The notes beneath the pieces are model-generated. The model searched no databases, was not told the DNA's origin, and saw only the letters and a list, made by a program, of their open reading frames with translations. A DNA stretch of 63,876 nucleotides, the filler included, from Octopus bimaculoides (lineage: Eukaryota): the NCBI RefSeq assembly GCF_001194135.2. It is 5 parts of 5 records of this genome, joined end to end, with 100 filler letters (N's around TTAATTAATTAA, not from the genome) between each part and the next. Parts side by side here need not be neighbours in the genome. Positions count along the whole stretch, not along the records: positions 28,496 to 50,495 come from NC_068982.1; positions 50,596 to 62,718 come from NC_068987.1; 3 more parts are not named here. One strand, given 5' to 3'. A program made the translations under genes and the position numbers. Below, piece after piece: positions 41,339-55,329 of this stretch; position 1 is the stretch's first letter; every line of letters starts with the position of its first letter.

Positions 41339-42049
41339 ACAAACGCATATAGACACACACACGACTCATAATCTAAGAGTTGTAAGTATATCAAAATATA
41401 TATTCTTTACATGACACAAGCATCTAACAGAGAACTCAATACGTTGTGTTGAGTGGATACATAAGATTATTATATCAACATTTGACAAGCTACTCAGAGT
41501 TTCATCCCAAGGCATTGCCGTTTATGAAAGTTGTGGATCGTCTGGCCTTGGAGCGAAACTCGGAGATGTCAGTCACCTTTTAGTATAATGAACGTCATTA
41601 TATGAGAAAGAAGGATGGAGCGAGAGAGAGAGAGAGAGTGGGGGAAGGAGGGATAGAAAGAGAAACAGAGAGTGAGAACGAAGGATAGAGAGAGAAGGAA
41701 GGAGAGAAAGAGAGAGGAGATTGATGATGGAAGAGAGAGAAGAATATTCAGTGTATAATTTAGTTTATGTGGTTGGTGTATGAATTAGTATATGCGTGTG
41801 TATAAGTATGTATAAGTGTGTATAAGTATAAATATTATAGGATTTCATACGCAGAAATATGTATCATTGAGTATTATTGAGCACATTTGTGTCTTTTGCA
41901 CGATAAAACAAAAGTACACACACACGTGTATGTGTATTTGTGTGTATATATATATATATAAATATATTATATGTGATATATAATATAATATATAAATATA
42001 CATAAGTATATATATAGATATATATGTATACATAGGCATATTTGCTATG

Positions 42050-42232
42050 ATAGATCACTAGCCACTACACATTCTTTATTTTCTCTCCTTGTTTCTTTCT
42101 GTGTTCCTTTCTGTGGAAAAGCGTAGGCTCGAAACGTTAAAGACTTTCACTTCCCGAGCGTTAAACTAATACATCTGTTTGTTGTCTACACCACCTGTCT
42201 TCGACTTTTGTTTTTTATTTGTAAATTCTCCA
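42050..42232 (+). repeat. Family F repeat, copy 2
   Basis: ttcctttctgtggaaaagcgtaggctcgaaacgttaaagac... Confidence 0.7.
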
Positions 42233-42835
42233 GAGAGAGGGAGAGAGAGAGAGAGAGATAGAGAGAGAGAGAGAAAGAAAGAGTGAGTGAGAGAGAGAGA
42301 GAGAGAGAGAGATAGAGAGAGGGGAGACAAATAAAAAATGTAAAGGAAGTAAAAAAAAATGAGCAGAAGTCAATTAAACGTACAGTCTGAATGTATTAGA
42401 TTTGCGCTCAGTTTTAGATGGAAAAATACATACATACACATATGTGTGTGTGTCTGTGTGTGTATGTGCGCGCGCGTTACACTAATTAATCAGGTGTTTG
42501 AAATGCTTTCAAAAACAGAGAAACGAAAGCAATTTTTGCATTTTTTTTTCCTGTTTTACCTGAGAAAACTAATTTTCCACCGTTATCTTGTTCCCCACCC
42601 AAACTCCACAGGATATAGCATACACAGAATAGCCAGACTCACTCAACTGCTCTGCCGTTCTTGCGATTTACCAGACAAACATGTACAGGAACCGCCAAAC
42701 TACCTAACACTCTCGAAACAAGAGCATGAAACAACTGAAACTTGAAGAGGCATATCCGAAAATAATGTTACTACAAGAACGAAGGAAAGAACAAAAAATC
42801 CAATATTAAACATAATAATAATAGCAATAATAATG

Positions 42836-42876
<41 letters not shown>

Positions 42877-42991
42877 CGTGATTGTATACATACATGCTTA
42901 CAAATATACATACATAAGTAGGTACGTACATATATGCACACAGGAATACGTAAACACACACGCACACATGTATTTACATACTTACATGCGT

Positions 42992-43025
<34 letters not shown>

Positions 43026-43160
43026 TTACATATATGCATACATATATATACATTTATATATGTATTTACATACATACCTATATATATANNNNNNNNNNNN
43101 NNNNNNNNNNNNNNNNNNNNNNNNNNNNNNNNNNNNNNNNNNNNNNNNNNNNNNNNNNNN

Positions 43161-44284
43161 AAAATTCATTTGGTTTCAAAGCGAAGAACTCTGAAATGTC
43201 TGTTTCGACCTCCTCCTGGTTTGCGAAAGTTATGTCCTCCAAATGATTCTCTAAACTACGAAACAAATGGTAGTCTGAAAGAGCAAGGTCGGGAGAATAA
43301 GGTGGATGAGGAATTTTTTCCCTAACCAAGCTCTTCGATCTTCTGTGATGTGATCTTTGCAGTGTGGGATCGTGCATTGTCCTGATGAAACATCACTCCT
43401 TTTCGATTCACTAGAGCAGGTCTTTTTTTTCTTCAAAGCTTGATTCAAACACTCTAATTGCTGACAGTAGACTTGAGCATTGATTGTTGCATTAGGTGGT
43501 AACAATTCAAAGTGAATTACTCCTTTGCAGTCCCACTAGATAGAGAGAAGAACCTTTTTTCCATGAAGTTCCCTTCTCGGTTGTGGGTGAGCTTTTTCCA
43601 TTTTTACCAAGCCACCGTTTACGACGTTTAACATTTGGATAGAAGATCCATTTTTCGTCACAAGTCTATCCAAAAAGGGTGAGATGAGTTCGCGAGAATG
43701 GAGAGAAGAGCAGATGTCAACTCGGGATTTGCGGTTGCTTTCGGACAATTCATAAAGCACCCATTTTCCAAATTTAGGAACCTTTCCAAGTTGTTGAAGA
43801 TGACGATGAACAGTTGTACGGTTTGAACTAAGCTTTATCACCAAATCTTCAACTGATAATGCAGGATTTTCTTCAAGTAATGCCTCAAGGAGCTTATCAT
43901 CAAACTCAAATGGACGTCCTGTTCGATCTTCATCTTCAAGGCTGAAATCTCCACTTCTGAATTTTGCAAACCATCTTCTGTAAGTTCTTTCATTCAAGCA
44001 TTCTTTCCCATAAACTGTGCGCATGTTTCGAGTCGCTTCGGCTGTAGAGTTTCCTTTTTTGTACTCATAAAGCATTATGTGCCTTAAATGATCTTTGGAT
44101 ACTTCCGTGTTAGAAAGGGTTTTAATCAAAGAAATTTTAATTCTGTAAAATAATATTTAATTAGTTTAAATGTACACAAATGTATAAAAATACTTTAAAA
44201 TTCCATTAGACATTCTAAAATACTATTAAATTTCATTCAATTTTAATAAAGGTAAAAACGGATAGAACTTATGGGATGACCTGA
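43161..44284 (-). mobile_element. Second mariner (DD34D) with a decayed transposase; one end is lost in a gap
   Basis: HLRHIMLYEYKKG..AEATRN, WFAKFRSGDFSLEDEDRTGRP, GKWVLYEL, FLDRLVT, HQDNARSH and HPPYSPDLALSDYHLFRSL. TIR tatcaggtcatcccataagttctatccg on the minus strand, embedded in a (TACA)/(TA) microsatellite. Confidence 0.93.
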
Positions 44285-44296
44285 TACATACATACA

Positions 44297-44327
<31 letters not shown>

Positions 44328-44858
44328 GCACATTTGTTGGAACGTTTATACAAACTTAAATACGCACGCACGTACCTACATCAAAACATGCCTACGTACA
44401 AACTAATATGCAAACATATATATATATATATATACGTGCACGTATCAGTGTATGTGTGTGTGTGTTTGTGTGTGTGTGCGTGCGCATACGCGTGTGTAAT
44501 TCTGTATAAAATACGCTCATATGCATACACAGGTGCATTTTAGTACGTATACCGGATCTATTTAGAATCCTCCTACCATCAGAATTTTTTCTAATTTTCT
44601 TTACCGATGAAAACATTTTTGCATGTTGCTGACGAAAATCTCATTCATTTTCTCTAGAAATTATCAAAAAAAAAAAAAGTTACACGCGTTTAAGCCTGCG
44701 TTTGTTGTTATCCATGTGTTGTCTGTTTCCTGTTTTCATCCCACGTTCTTTGAACGAGTGCAACAAACCATATTTATTCATTTTCGTCTTAAATACAAGA
44801 TTGATTGTAAGTATGAAGCCGAAACGCTATCATGACAGATTAAATGTTTTCTTACAGT

Positions 44859-44950
44859 GGAGGCACAATGACCCAGTGGTTAGGCAGCGGACTCGCAGTC
44901 ATAGGATCGCGGTTTCGATTCCCAGACCGGGCGTTGTGAGTGTTTATTGA
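44859..44950 (+). mobile_element. SINE family D, tRNA-like head (rest in a gap)
   Basis: ggaggcacaatgacccagtggttaggcagcggactcgcagtcataggatcgcggtttcgattcccagaccggg; same family as 56587-57050. Confidence 0.75.
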
Positions 44951-46454
44951 NNNNNNNNNNNNNNNNNNNNNNNNNNNNNNNNNNNNNNNNNNNNNNNNNN
45001 NNNNNNNNNNNNNNNNNNNNNNNNNNNNNNNNNNNNNNNNNNNNNNNNNNNNNNNNNNNNNNNNNNNNNNNNNNNNNNNNNNNNNNNNNNNNNNNNNNNN
45101 NNNNNNNNNNNNNNNNNNNNNNNNNNNNNNNNNNNNNNNNNNNNNNNNNNNNNNNNNNNNNNNNNNNNNNNNNNNNNNNNNNNNNNNNNNNNNNNNNNNN
45201 NNNNNNNNNNNNNNNNNNNNNNNNNNNNNNNNNNNNNNNNNNNNNNNNNNNNNNNNNNNNNNNNNNNNNNNNNNNNNNNNNNNNNNNNNNNNNNNNNNNN
45301 NNNNNNNNNNNNNNNNNNNNNNNNNNNNNNGACGGCGTGTCAACGACGAAGTGTTTTCTCACAGTTCTTTATGTTCTGTGTTTAAACTTTGCCGGTGTAA
45401 TTTTTGTCTCTCAATTCCTTAGAGTTGATAAGTTATCATGCAATTATGTACTGGTAACATTCAGATGACTCTATCTTCCTCTTAAAAAAAAAATATAAGA
45501 CGGAGATGGTCGAAACACCAGCGAACCACGAAATGGACTAAATGCCCTCTTCCTCCATGAATGTGCCCCATTTTGTTGCAACTCTATTCCCACTTGAAGC
45601 CACTTCGCTTATCTCAATAACCATCTTGGCAAACGACCATATGAAGCTTCTATGTGGTTCGTCAGTCTGCTAAAAACAGCAGTTAAATTTCTTTCAAATT
45701 ACATTATACCAACTAAAAACAACTAGAAATAATAAAAACAACGAGTGACACAATTGGACAGTGTATCTCCTGATTAAAAAAAAAGACGGGTTTGTCACGG
45801 CTAGAACGACTTTGACACCGGTCTGTTGGATTAAGGTTGATGATAGACCAACAACCTTCTTGGTAAAACACAAAATTCACAATCACTCTTTTTCTTTTTC
45901 TTTTAAAAAGAAAGGTATCAGGTTTTGCATTTATAAAACGAAATACATTTCTTTCAAAGGAAACTCGCACATTCTCACGAAACAGTACGATTGAAATGGT
46001 ACATTATTTCCTCATAGTGAGACTTTGTTCAATAGCTTGCTTTCATATAGACAGAATTTGTTGTTTAGATTACAACAGATTACAGCATTACTTTAGCAGT
46101 CACTTCACTTCTTTGGTTGTGTTAATATAAGTTTTATCACATTTAGACGTTCACTTTCTTTACTGTTGCTCAAGAAAATATTTAATCTGAATAATACATA
46201 AGCATCTCATTGTGTGTGTATGTGTGTGTATGCGTACATATATTTATATGTGTGTGTGCGTACATATATATATGTGTGTGTATGCGTACATATGTGTGTG
46301 TGTCTGTGCGCGCGCGCGTCAACTAGAAATAATAAACATGTAATGGTTAACCTTTGAAAACCATGTCATTTTTTTTCTAATTGGATGTTCAAATAATGTT
46401 TTTTTTAATGACAAAACTAAAGTACCAGAAGAAGGAGGTGGTATAAGTAGTAGA

Positions 46455-46493
46455 GGCGACGGAGGTGTCGGCGACGGAGGTGTCGGCGACGGA
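46455..46493. repeat. 15-bp GC-rich minisatellite (ggcgacggaggtgtc) x2.6
   Basis: Seen directly. Confidence 0.9.
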
Positions 46494-47009
46494 CGGTAGG
46501 GAGATGGTTGTTTTCTGCTTCTTTAAACACTTAAAGGCGTCGATGGCGATTGAAGCTGTTCTTAGTAATCCTAGCAATTTCAGAATCTTTTGAAGAGTAG
46601 GAGAATATATTTTGGAGTGGCTTCATGTTGCCTACTCCAGCTTCGAGTGAGGATTAAATTGAGCAGTGCTGCATAAAATAATGCAGATCTGCCTCAGTGT
46701 TTAGCGGCGATTTGGAAAGCTAGACGTGGTACTTGTATTATTTACAGCTGCATGAATTAAACCATTGAAAGTTCAATGTTTTATCTTGGATGTAGTTTAG
46801 CGTCGATAGCTCAATACATTGTTTCTCTACAGACTGGAGTAAAACACACTCTCATCTCGACCGGCTGAAATATCCCATCTGTGGTGTAATTAATGAATTT
46901 AATGTAGGAATTAACTTTATTGTCAAGAACTCTATTTTGCTAACCACAAACAAATGAAAAGTTGTAATGGTGTTATTGTTGATGAACACCCACTGAATAA
47001 GCCCTTAAT

Positions 47010-47415
47010 ATTGATTTCAAATTTTGGCACAAGGCCAGAAATTTCAAGGGACGGAGTAAGCTGATTGCATCGACCCCAGTACTCAACTGTTACTTATTTT
47101 ATCGACTCCGAAAGGATAAAAGTCAAAGTCGACCACGGCGGATTTTGAACTAAGAGCCTGAAGACGGGTGAAATGCCGTTAAGCATTTCGCCTGGGGTGT
47201 AAACAATTCTGCCGGCTCGCTGCCTTAGGTAAGCCCCTAATATTACGATCCCATAAGGTGACGAGCTGGCATTTCGTCTGTTTTCGTGCTCTGAGTTCGA
47301 ATTCCACTGTGATCGATTTTGCCTTTCATCCTTCTGCATTGAGTACTGGGATCAATGTAATGGACTTAACCCTCCACTGAAATTTCTGACCATGTGCCAA
47401 AATTTGAAACTAATA
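47010..47415. mobile_element. Head-to-head inverted pair of SINE family B copies
   Basis: Minus copy at about 47010-47225 and plus copy at about 47255-47415, with a spacer of about 30 nt. Confidence 0.8.
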
Positions 47416-47559
47416 TTACGAACCTATGATTAGAAGACTTCCATCCTTGATCCTCTTGTATTTATTTTCGACTCAGTATTTTAAGAAGGCAGGGAATGAT
47501 ATGAGGGAAACCTGGTTGCTATTCCTAACAAGTCTATCGGCAGCGTAGAATCTTCCTTG

Positions 47560-48060
47560 TTGAATCTACTTATAGCCTCGGGCCGAGCAAAGCCTTGTGA
47601 GTGGATTTGGTTGGCGGAAANNNNNNNNNNNNNNNNNNNNNNNNNNNNNNNNNNNNNNNNNNNNNNNNNNNNNNNNNNNNNNNNNNNNNNNNNNNNNNNN
47701 NNNNNNNNNNNNNNNNNNNNNNNNNNNNNNNNNNNNNNNNNNNNNNNNNNNNNNNNNNNNNNNNNNNNNNNNNNNNNNNNNNNNNNNNNNNNNNNNNNNN
47801 NNNNTGTGTGTGTGTGTGTATGTGTGTGTGTGTGTGTTGAATCTTTTGCTTGTTTCAATCATTTGACTGCGGCCATGCTGGGCACCACCTCGAAAGACTT
47901 TACTCGGACGAATCGACCTAGGAACTTTTTTTTTTAAAGTCTGGTACTTATTCTATCGGCCACTTTTGCCGAACCGCTAAGTTACAGGGATGTAAACACT
48001 CCAACACCAGTTGTCAAGCAGTGGTAGAGAACAAACACAGACACCACACACACACACGTA
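47560..48060. mobile_element. SINE family A pieces: a plus-strand 5' part before the gap and a minus-strand 3' half after it
   Basis: gcctcgggccgagcaaagccttgtgagtggatttgg (plus); atcatttgactgcggccatgctgg...ttttgccgaaccgctaagttac (minus). Confidence 0.7.
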
Positions 48061-50463
48061 TATGTATATACATGTACATAAGTACATCGTCATCCAATAT
48101 CCACTTGAGATGTCAGATTTTGATTTGAAAGACAATGAGGCTGCTATTTTTAGCCGTTCGATCAGTCACGAAGAGCTCGCCCGTTGGATGATATACCAAG
48201 AGAAGTCATATCTTTAATGCTTAGGTCAGAAGATGCTTGAAGTGAGGAGAAAGATTGTTATTTATTTAAGTAAATATAATTCGTTTACTCTTAATCTCTT
48301 TCTACTGCTTTTATCTTATTTTATTTTTGTTAGTTTTTTTTATTTTAAAGTAATCCTCATTGGAATATCTATCAAAGAATGTACTGAAATCAAAGTAAAA
48401 TAAACACCATTTTATGTTTAAAAAACGGATTGATGGTGTCCGAAAGAGGTTAAACCGCGTTGTGGTATCGTCGCGTTTCTCTCATCAACTGTTTCACGCT
48501 AGACTTAAAATTGTCACCAAGACATGGTTAAACAGCTTCACTAATACTTCAGCCACGCACTCTTTGACAGAAACCGTGTCAGATCGGTGTTTATAGCTGT
48601 AAAACCAATGGGTAATTGGGGAGTGATGAGTTTGCCAGCTCCAAGTTTTCTGCGGAGATGACACGACAAGCTTCGCTTAACCTTAGGGTAATCGTTCTTA
48701 CAGGACTTTTAAAAAAAATTATATACACCCCACTCCCCAGCTTTCTCTCCTTTGCGTGTTATTCTTCCTCCACGCTTCAGTAAGTAAATAAATCTTGAGT
48801 AGAAAAATAAGAACAAGAGTCGGTTGAAAAAAATAATACAAGAATCAGTTAAAAAAAAAAAAAGAATCGGTTAAAAAAAAAATGGCAAAAATCTTAATAA
48901 AATATTGGTTGAAAGAACTAAACTGTTGAATTGATGCAGTGTCCATGTAAAAATCTGCATGTTTTATTTTCTATTTTCCCTTCATCTGCATACATTTTCT
49001 GTCTGACATATTCTATAGTCGTGTTGCCTTAATCTAATTTTCTTTTCTTCTTTCAACCATTTACAAACAAGAGTATATATACCTCCTGAGATACTTCAAT
49101 CCTGAACAGAAAGAAGAAAGTTAGCAACAGAGGGGAAAAATAGATAGCTAGATAGATAGATAGATAGAGGGAGAGCGAGAGAGAGAGTGAGAGAGAGAGT
49201 GTGCGTATGATGGCTGAAATACAAGATTGGCATTTAACACTATAAATATTTTGGCTCGATATGCTGTGAGCCATGATACGACGTGAGTTGCATTTAAAGT
49301 AAGTGTGTGTGGAATTGAATCTGCTGCCGAAACAATCTAGACAATATATATATATATATATATANNNNNNNNNNNNNNNNATGAATACATAAGGAGTGGA
49401 AATGTTAATGTTCTGGAAATGTTATCTGGCAAAGGGATGTTATAAGGCAAGCATAACATGAAATGGTTGGATTGAAGACAAAAGAAACTGAAGGAAAAGT
49501 TGTGGAGTGTAACGAAGAACACATGCAGAATTCCTTCTAAAATCTTTTTTCAAGAAAGATGATTATATAACGTGCATAATAATGATTTGTAATTGCTAAA
49601 CGATGTCGCTATTATTATTAGATTGTTGTTTGTTCTTGGTATTAGAGTGGTAGACGAAATACCTTGCTGTTTATAGTTTGTCACGATCGTCTATGCTATT
49701 CAACTTTTCAGTTGCGGCGGGGGTTATGAAATAAAATATCAGTCAAATATATATATTATATATATCTCTTTTATCTTTTACTTGTTTCAGCCATTTGGTC
49801 TGCGGTCATGCTGGGGCACCGCTTTGAAAGGTTTTAGTCGAACAAATCGATCCCAGGACATAAACACATCAACACCGATATTGAAGCGGTGGAGGTAGAC
49901 ACACACACACACACAAAGGTATGGATTTATATATATATAACATGATCACGTGACCGACCAGACTATCAGATGTTGTTACACATCGCTGGTCACAATGTGT
50001 TTTTTGCATTGTTTTAGCCTTCAGATGACGCCACCCCGGTGGCTAGGCGAGCAGGCCAACATTCCTGGCGACCGAAGGGGGGAATGAAGAGTGTATTGCT
50101 CGTCTTGGGGTTATAGTAGAACACAATAGTCCAAGATGCTATGTAGTGGGATTGTACTTGGAGCCACATAGTTGGGAAAATCAACTCTATGTATACACAC
50201 ACACACACACACACACACATACACACACACATATACATACATATATATATATATATATATACATACATACATACATGCATACAAATATATATACATACAT
50301 ACATATATATATATACATACATACATATATATTTATATATATGTACATACATATATATATATATATAAATAATATATGAGTATATGCATATATGAGTATA
50401 TATATATATATATACATACATACATACATATATATATAAATATACATACATATATATATATGA

Positions 50464-50495
<32 letters not shown>

Positions 50496-50629
50496 NNNNN
50501 NNNNNNNNNNNNNNNNNNNNNNNNNNNNNNNNNNNNNNNTTAATTAATTAANNNNNNNNNNNNNNNNNNNNNNNNNNNNNNNNNNNNNNNNNNNNGTATG
50601 AATGTATGTATATATATATATAAATATTT

Positions 50630-50850
50630 TTGTGTGTGTGTTTGTGCCTGTATTTGTCCCCCACCACCATCACTTGACAACTGATGTTGGTGTGTTTGCA
50701 TTCCTGTAACTTAGCTGTTTGGTAGAAGAGACTGATAGAATAAGCACCAGGTTTATAGGGAATAAGTCCAGGGGTTCATTTCTTCGACTAAAGAGCAGTA
50801 CTCCAGCATGGCCACATTCAAATGACTGAAACAAGTAAAAGAATAAAAGA
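50630..50850 (+). mobile_element. SINE family A, 3' half
   Basis: ccatcacttgacaactgatg...ccagcatggccacattcaaatgactgaaacaagtaaaaga. Confidence 0.8.
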
Positions 50851-51144
50851 ATACCAGAAGAACATTCTGTACCACTAAACCAAGAAGGTACGTTGAAGAT
50901 GTACAATGTATTTTAAGGCTAAATAGTAATTCTGCATATGTTTGCGCAAGTGAGATATTTTGGTTGGATTATATAGTTATTGGTTTTACACTTCTTTCTA
51001 TTTTCTGTAAGTGTCACAATATAGATTGTTACATTTTGTATGCTTTCCGTGAAGTTTTCACAAGTCCACTTAGTAATAACAATAATAATTGCAGAGTAAT
51101 TGAATGCATTGATCAATGGAGAAGAAATCCTGGGCTGGTTGACA

Positions 51145-53585
51145 AGTTCAGTAGTTGCCATAAATTGATTGCAGAGCAATTTGATGCATTGATCAAATAT
51201 TTCTCAACCTTTTTACCCTTGCATAACCCTTAAAATAAATTACATGTCTCAAGGAACCCCTGCACAAAAAAAAATTATATACCATATCTTTCTCATATTT
51301 TTTCATCATATATATATATATATGGTTTTTATATTTTTTTAATAACATGTTAGGTTAGATAGAATGATGTCTATATTACAATATTACAATAACCAATAAT
51401 ATGTTGTTACGATCATGAAATTAGCATTAGCTTATCTCACTCTTTCTCGTGGAACTCCTAGGAACCTTTTGTGGAACCCTAGGGTTCCAGGGAACCCCAG
51501 TCGAGAAACGTTGCATTTATCAACGGAGAAGAAGAAATCCCAGGTTGGTTGACAAAAGGGTGAATGGTGAATGCTTGGAGGATGCATCAAAGGGAAATGC
51601 TGCTGACAATTACAGACCAATTTCATGCTTCCCGTTAATGTGGAAGTTACTGTCAGGAGGAATTGCAGAAGAACTGTATAAATATCTTGATGAGAACGAT
51701 ATATTACTGCCAGAACAGAAAGGCTGTTGAAGGAAATGCAGAGGTACCGAAGATCAACTATTGATAGACAAAATGCAAGATTGTAAACAATGGAGAACAA
51801 ATCTGGGAATGGCCTGAATTGACTATTGCAAAGCTTATGATACGATTACACATTCGTGTGGATCATCAAGTGCTTAGATCTGTTTGGAATTGCGAGGAAT
51901 GTAATGTGTTTCCTGAAAAGAAGTATGGTGGGATGGAAAACTGAACTGACATCTTATGCAAAAAGCTTGGGCACCCTGGGTATCATTCTCTGCATGATAC
52001 CTCTGACCTTGATACTTAGGAAAATGAACCTGGGATACCAACTAAAGGAAAAATCCAAACAATCAACCACCTCCTTTTCATGGATGATTTGAAACTGTAT
52101 GGCAAAGATGAGACTCAAGTGAGTTCGTTGGTGAACATGGTCCACTGTTTTAGTACTGATATTAGAATGGAATTTGGACTTAAGAAGTGCAGAATAATCT
52201 ACCTAAAAAGAGGCAAGGTACAGTCCCTAGCAGGGATAGAATTACCGAACAGAGACTTGATTAAGCAAATTGAAGGATACAAATACCTTGGTGTACTAGA
52301 GTGTAACAAGATAATGGAAAAGGAAATGAAAGAGCATTTGAGGACAGAATATTTCCGAAGACTGAGATTGGTGTTGCACTCAAACTTGACTGGATGGAAT
52401 AAAATCCAAGCAGTTAATACGTGGGGGATAGCATCACTTCAGTATGGAGTGGGAATTATAAAATGGCAAAAGAGAGAAATGAAGAAAATGGATACCAAAA
52501 CTAGAAAAATGTTGACAGAACATGGAGCCTTCCTACCTAAGAGTGACACTGATAGGGTGTACTTGTCAAGAAGAAAGGGTGGGAGAGGTTTAATCAGTTG
52601 CCAGGACTGTATCCAAGTAGAGAAAAACAGTCTAGGGTGGTATATAAAAAATGCCGTGGAGTCACTGTTGAAACACACGAAGAAGGCTGGCGTCATCAAA
52701 ACTGACAAATGTGTAACTAAGGAAAAATTTAAACAAGAAATGAACAAAAAGAAAGAAAAAGCATGGAAGGAAATGAAAGCGTATGGTCAGTTTGCAAGAG
52801 ATGTGAACCCCAAGACAAATACAGAAGACCAGTGGCTATGCAAAAGGAGGAGTGACCTGAAGATAGAGACAGAAACACTCATATGTGCAGCTCAGGAACA
52901 AGTGTTAAGGACCAATTATATGAAATGCAGAATTGACAACACTACCAACAGCGACAAATGCAGAATGTGTGGTGAGAAGAGTGAAACGGTATGGCACATT
53001 GTTAGCGAATGCCCAAAATTGGCACAACACAAATATGAATGACATCATAATAATGTACCAAGAATGATCCATTGGGAGTGCTGTGGAAATCATGGCCTAC
53101 AGAGAGCAAAGACGTGGTATGAACAAACCCCAGAAGGAGTCACCAAAAATGAGAATTGCAAAATACTGTAGAATGTAATGATCCAATGCAATCACCTGAC
53201 CAGACACAGGAAACCAGACATTGTTGTGGTGAACAAAAAAGAAAGAACATGTATGATAATCAACATTGCATGTCCTGGTAACAACAAGATCAATGTGAAA
53301 GAGGAAGAAAAAATAAACAACTATGATGATTTAAAGTGGGAAATAAGAAGGCTGTGGTCACTGAAGAGAGTAGATGTGATACCAATATTAATTGGTGCAC
53401 GTGGAAGTATCAGCACTCAACTACCAACATGGCTGAAAAAGATTGGTGCAAGTGTGAAGGTAGAACACCTACAACAATCAGCATTGCTAGGAACTGCAAT
53501 CATTCTTCACAATAAACAAGTGTCACTTTAGTCAGCTGGCACTTTCCATCATACCCAGCAAAATAAGCTGCGAAATTTCATATAA
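51145..53585 (+). mobile_element. R4/Dong-clade non-LTR retrotransposon (RT + CCHC + restriction-like endonuclease), copy 1, 5'-truncated and decayed
   Basis: [45 protein letters not shown], zinc knuckle CRMCGEKSETVWHIVSEC, RLE KPDIVVVNKKERTCMII.IACP...K...Y and LQQSALLGTA; ends in taataatagtaataat. Confidence 0.92.
51195..51513. mobile_element. Non-autonomous hAT-type MITE inserted in a LINE
   Basis: TIR-like ends aaatatttctcaacc / agtcgagaaacgttg and an 8-bp TSD cattgatc/catttatc. Removing it restores the LINE peptide [22 protein letters not shown]. Confidence 0.8.
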
Positions 53586-53599
53586 TAATAGTAATAATC

Positions 53600-55200
53600 A
53601 TAATGAATAAATTATGGTTACAAAATGTTTGACAAGATTATCTCAGACTTGCTCTACATGGATGATCAGAAATTGTATTCAAAAGACGACAAAGATCTGA
53701 AAGGGCCACTAGTAACTGCAAAAATATTCATTGATGACACCAATGTGGAATTTGGCCTTGACAAGCGTGCAAAAGCTTTGTTCAAATGTGGTAAACTGAC
53801 AGCCAATACCACAACCCAACTTGATCAAGGACCTGGACCAAGAAGACTTTTATAAGTATCTTGGGATACACAAAGGTGAAGGGATTCAACACAGATCAAC
53901 GAAAGAGAAAATCAGGAAAGAGTATTATAGAGGTGTCATAACAGTCCTGAATACTGAGCTGAACTCTCAGAATAGAATTGTAGCTATAAACTCCCTGGCA
54001 GTACCAGTTGTCCAGTATAGCCTTAATGTCATCAATTGGAATCTGAGTGATCTCCAGTGTATGAACATAAAGACCAAGAAACTGCTGACACTAAAAAGGA
54101 TGCACCACCCAAAATCAGATGTCTACAGGCTCTACCTCGCACGAAAGGAAGGCGGCAGAGCCTTAATCCAGCTTGAAATGTCCTATAAAACAACCACAAT
54201 AGGACTCCAAGTGTACATCCAAAGTAATACCGACTGGATGATACAGCTGGTAAGGCAACATGAACAGAGTATGAAACTTCACTCAATCTCAAAGGAGGCA
54301 TATAAATATAGATGACAACTTAATCTCCCTGATTATGAAAATGATAAGGAGGACACACCACCCACTAAGGTAACAAAAAAGTGTAAAACAAAAGCCAAAC
54401 AAGAAAGCTTGAAAAAAATATCAAGACTGTGGCAAGGAAAACCATTGCATGGGCAATACTCCAAATGAGCTGGGGAAAACTGATGTAGATATGAGAAGAA
54501 TTCATCAATGGCTGCAGAGTGTTGGTTTGAAAGCCAAAACAAAAGATTCATCCTAGTGCCATAAGATCAGAGTCTCCTCACTTGGAACTATCAAGCTAAT
54601 GCCACCCACAATGAGGTAGACACAAAGTGTAGACTCTGCAATGACAAACTTGAGAGTATTGACCACATTGCTGTTAGTTGTTCAGTCCTTGCCCCTATGG
54701 AATATAAAACCAGGCATGATCAAGTTGGCCAATACTTGCACTGGAGCATATGTCGTCACTGAGGGAGAGAATGTTACCATCCTATGGGATTATGGAATAC
54801 ATACAGACAGGCAAATAAATGATAACAAACCAGACATCATCATCATCAAGACCTAAGACAAAAAAATATGCCTGTTAATTGATATGTCAGTGCCTACTGA
54901 TAGAAACATTTTAACAAAAGAATTTGAAAAACTGTCGAAATAAAAGGACCTTGAGATTGAGATATCTAACACATGGCAGTTGAAAACCAAACCATCCCTG
55001 CTGTTGTAGGTGCTCTGGGAATGATCAAGAAAGGTACTGACAAATTTGTTGACCAATCTATGAGCCTCAAAAAATTGTGTTGACATCAACCACCCACATT
55101 CTCAGGAAGTTTCTCTCCATCTAATATATATGTGCCTTAGGTCTCTGGTTGAGACTTGATCAGAAGATGAAATAAATTGCAAATCAATTGGAAAATAATA
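53600..55200 (+). mobile_element. R4/Dong-clade LINE, copy 2 (different subfamily, decayed)
   Basis: LLYMDDQKLY, FYKYLGI, MHHPKSDVYRLYLARKEGGR, CRLCNDKLESIDH, KPDIII and VGALGMIKKG; ends at aataataatgacaat. Confidence 0.9.
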
Positions 55201-55329
55201 ATGACAATGATGCCGACGCCGACTGCCACAAATGACACCAAAATCTTTCTGCTGCATTGAGTACAAAAACAAAATACATTTTACAGCCTTCCCTATAGCT
55301 GAATTGTGAAATGCTTGGAAATATAGAAT

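Noticed and set aside
49083-49101. 19-nt minus-strand segment with a strong acceptor (IEVSQE)
   Set aside because: Too short, and its phase fits neither recognised exon
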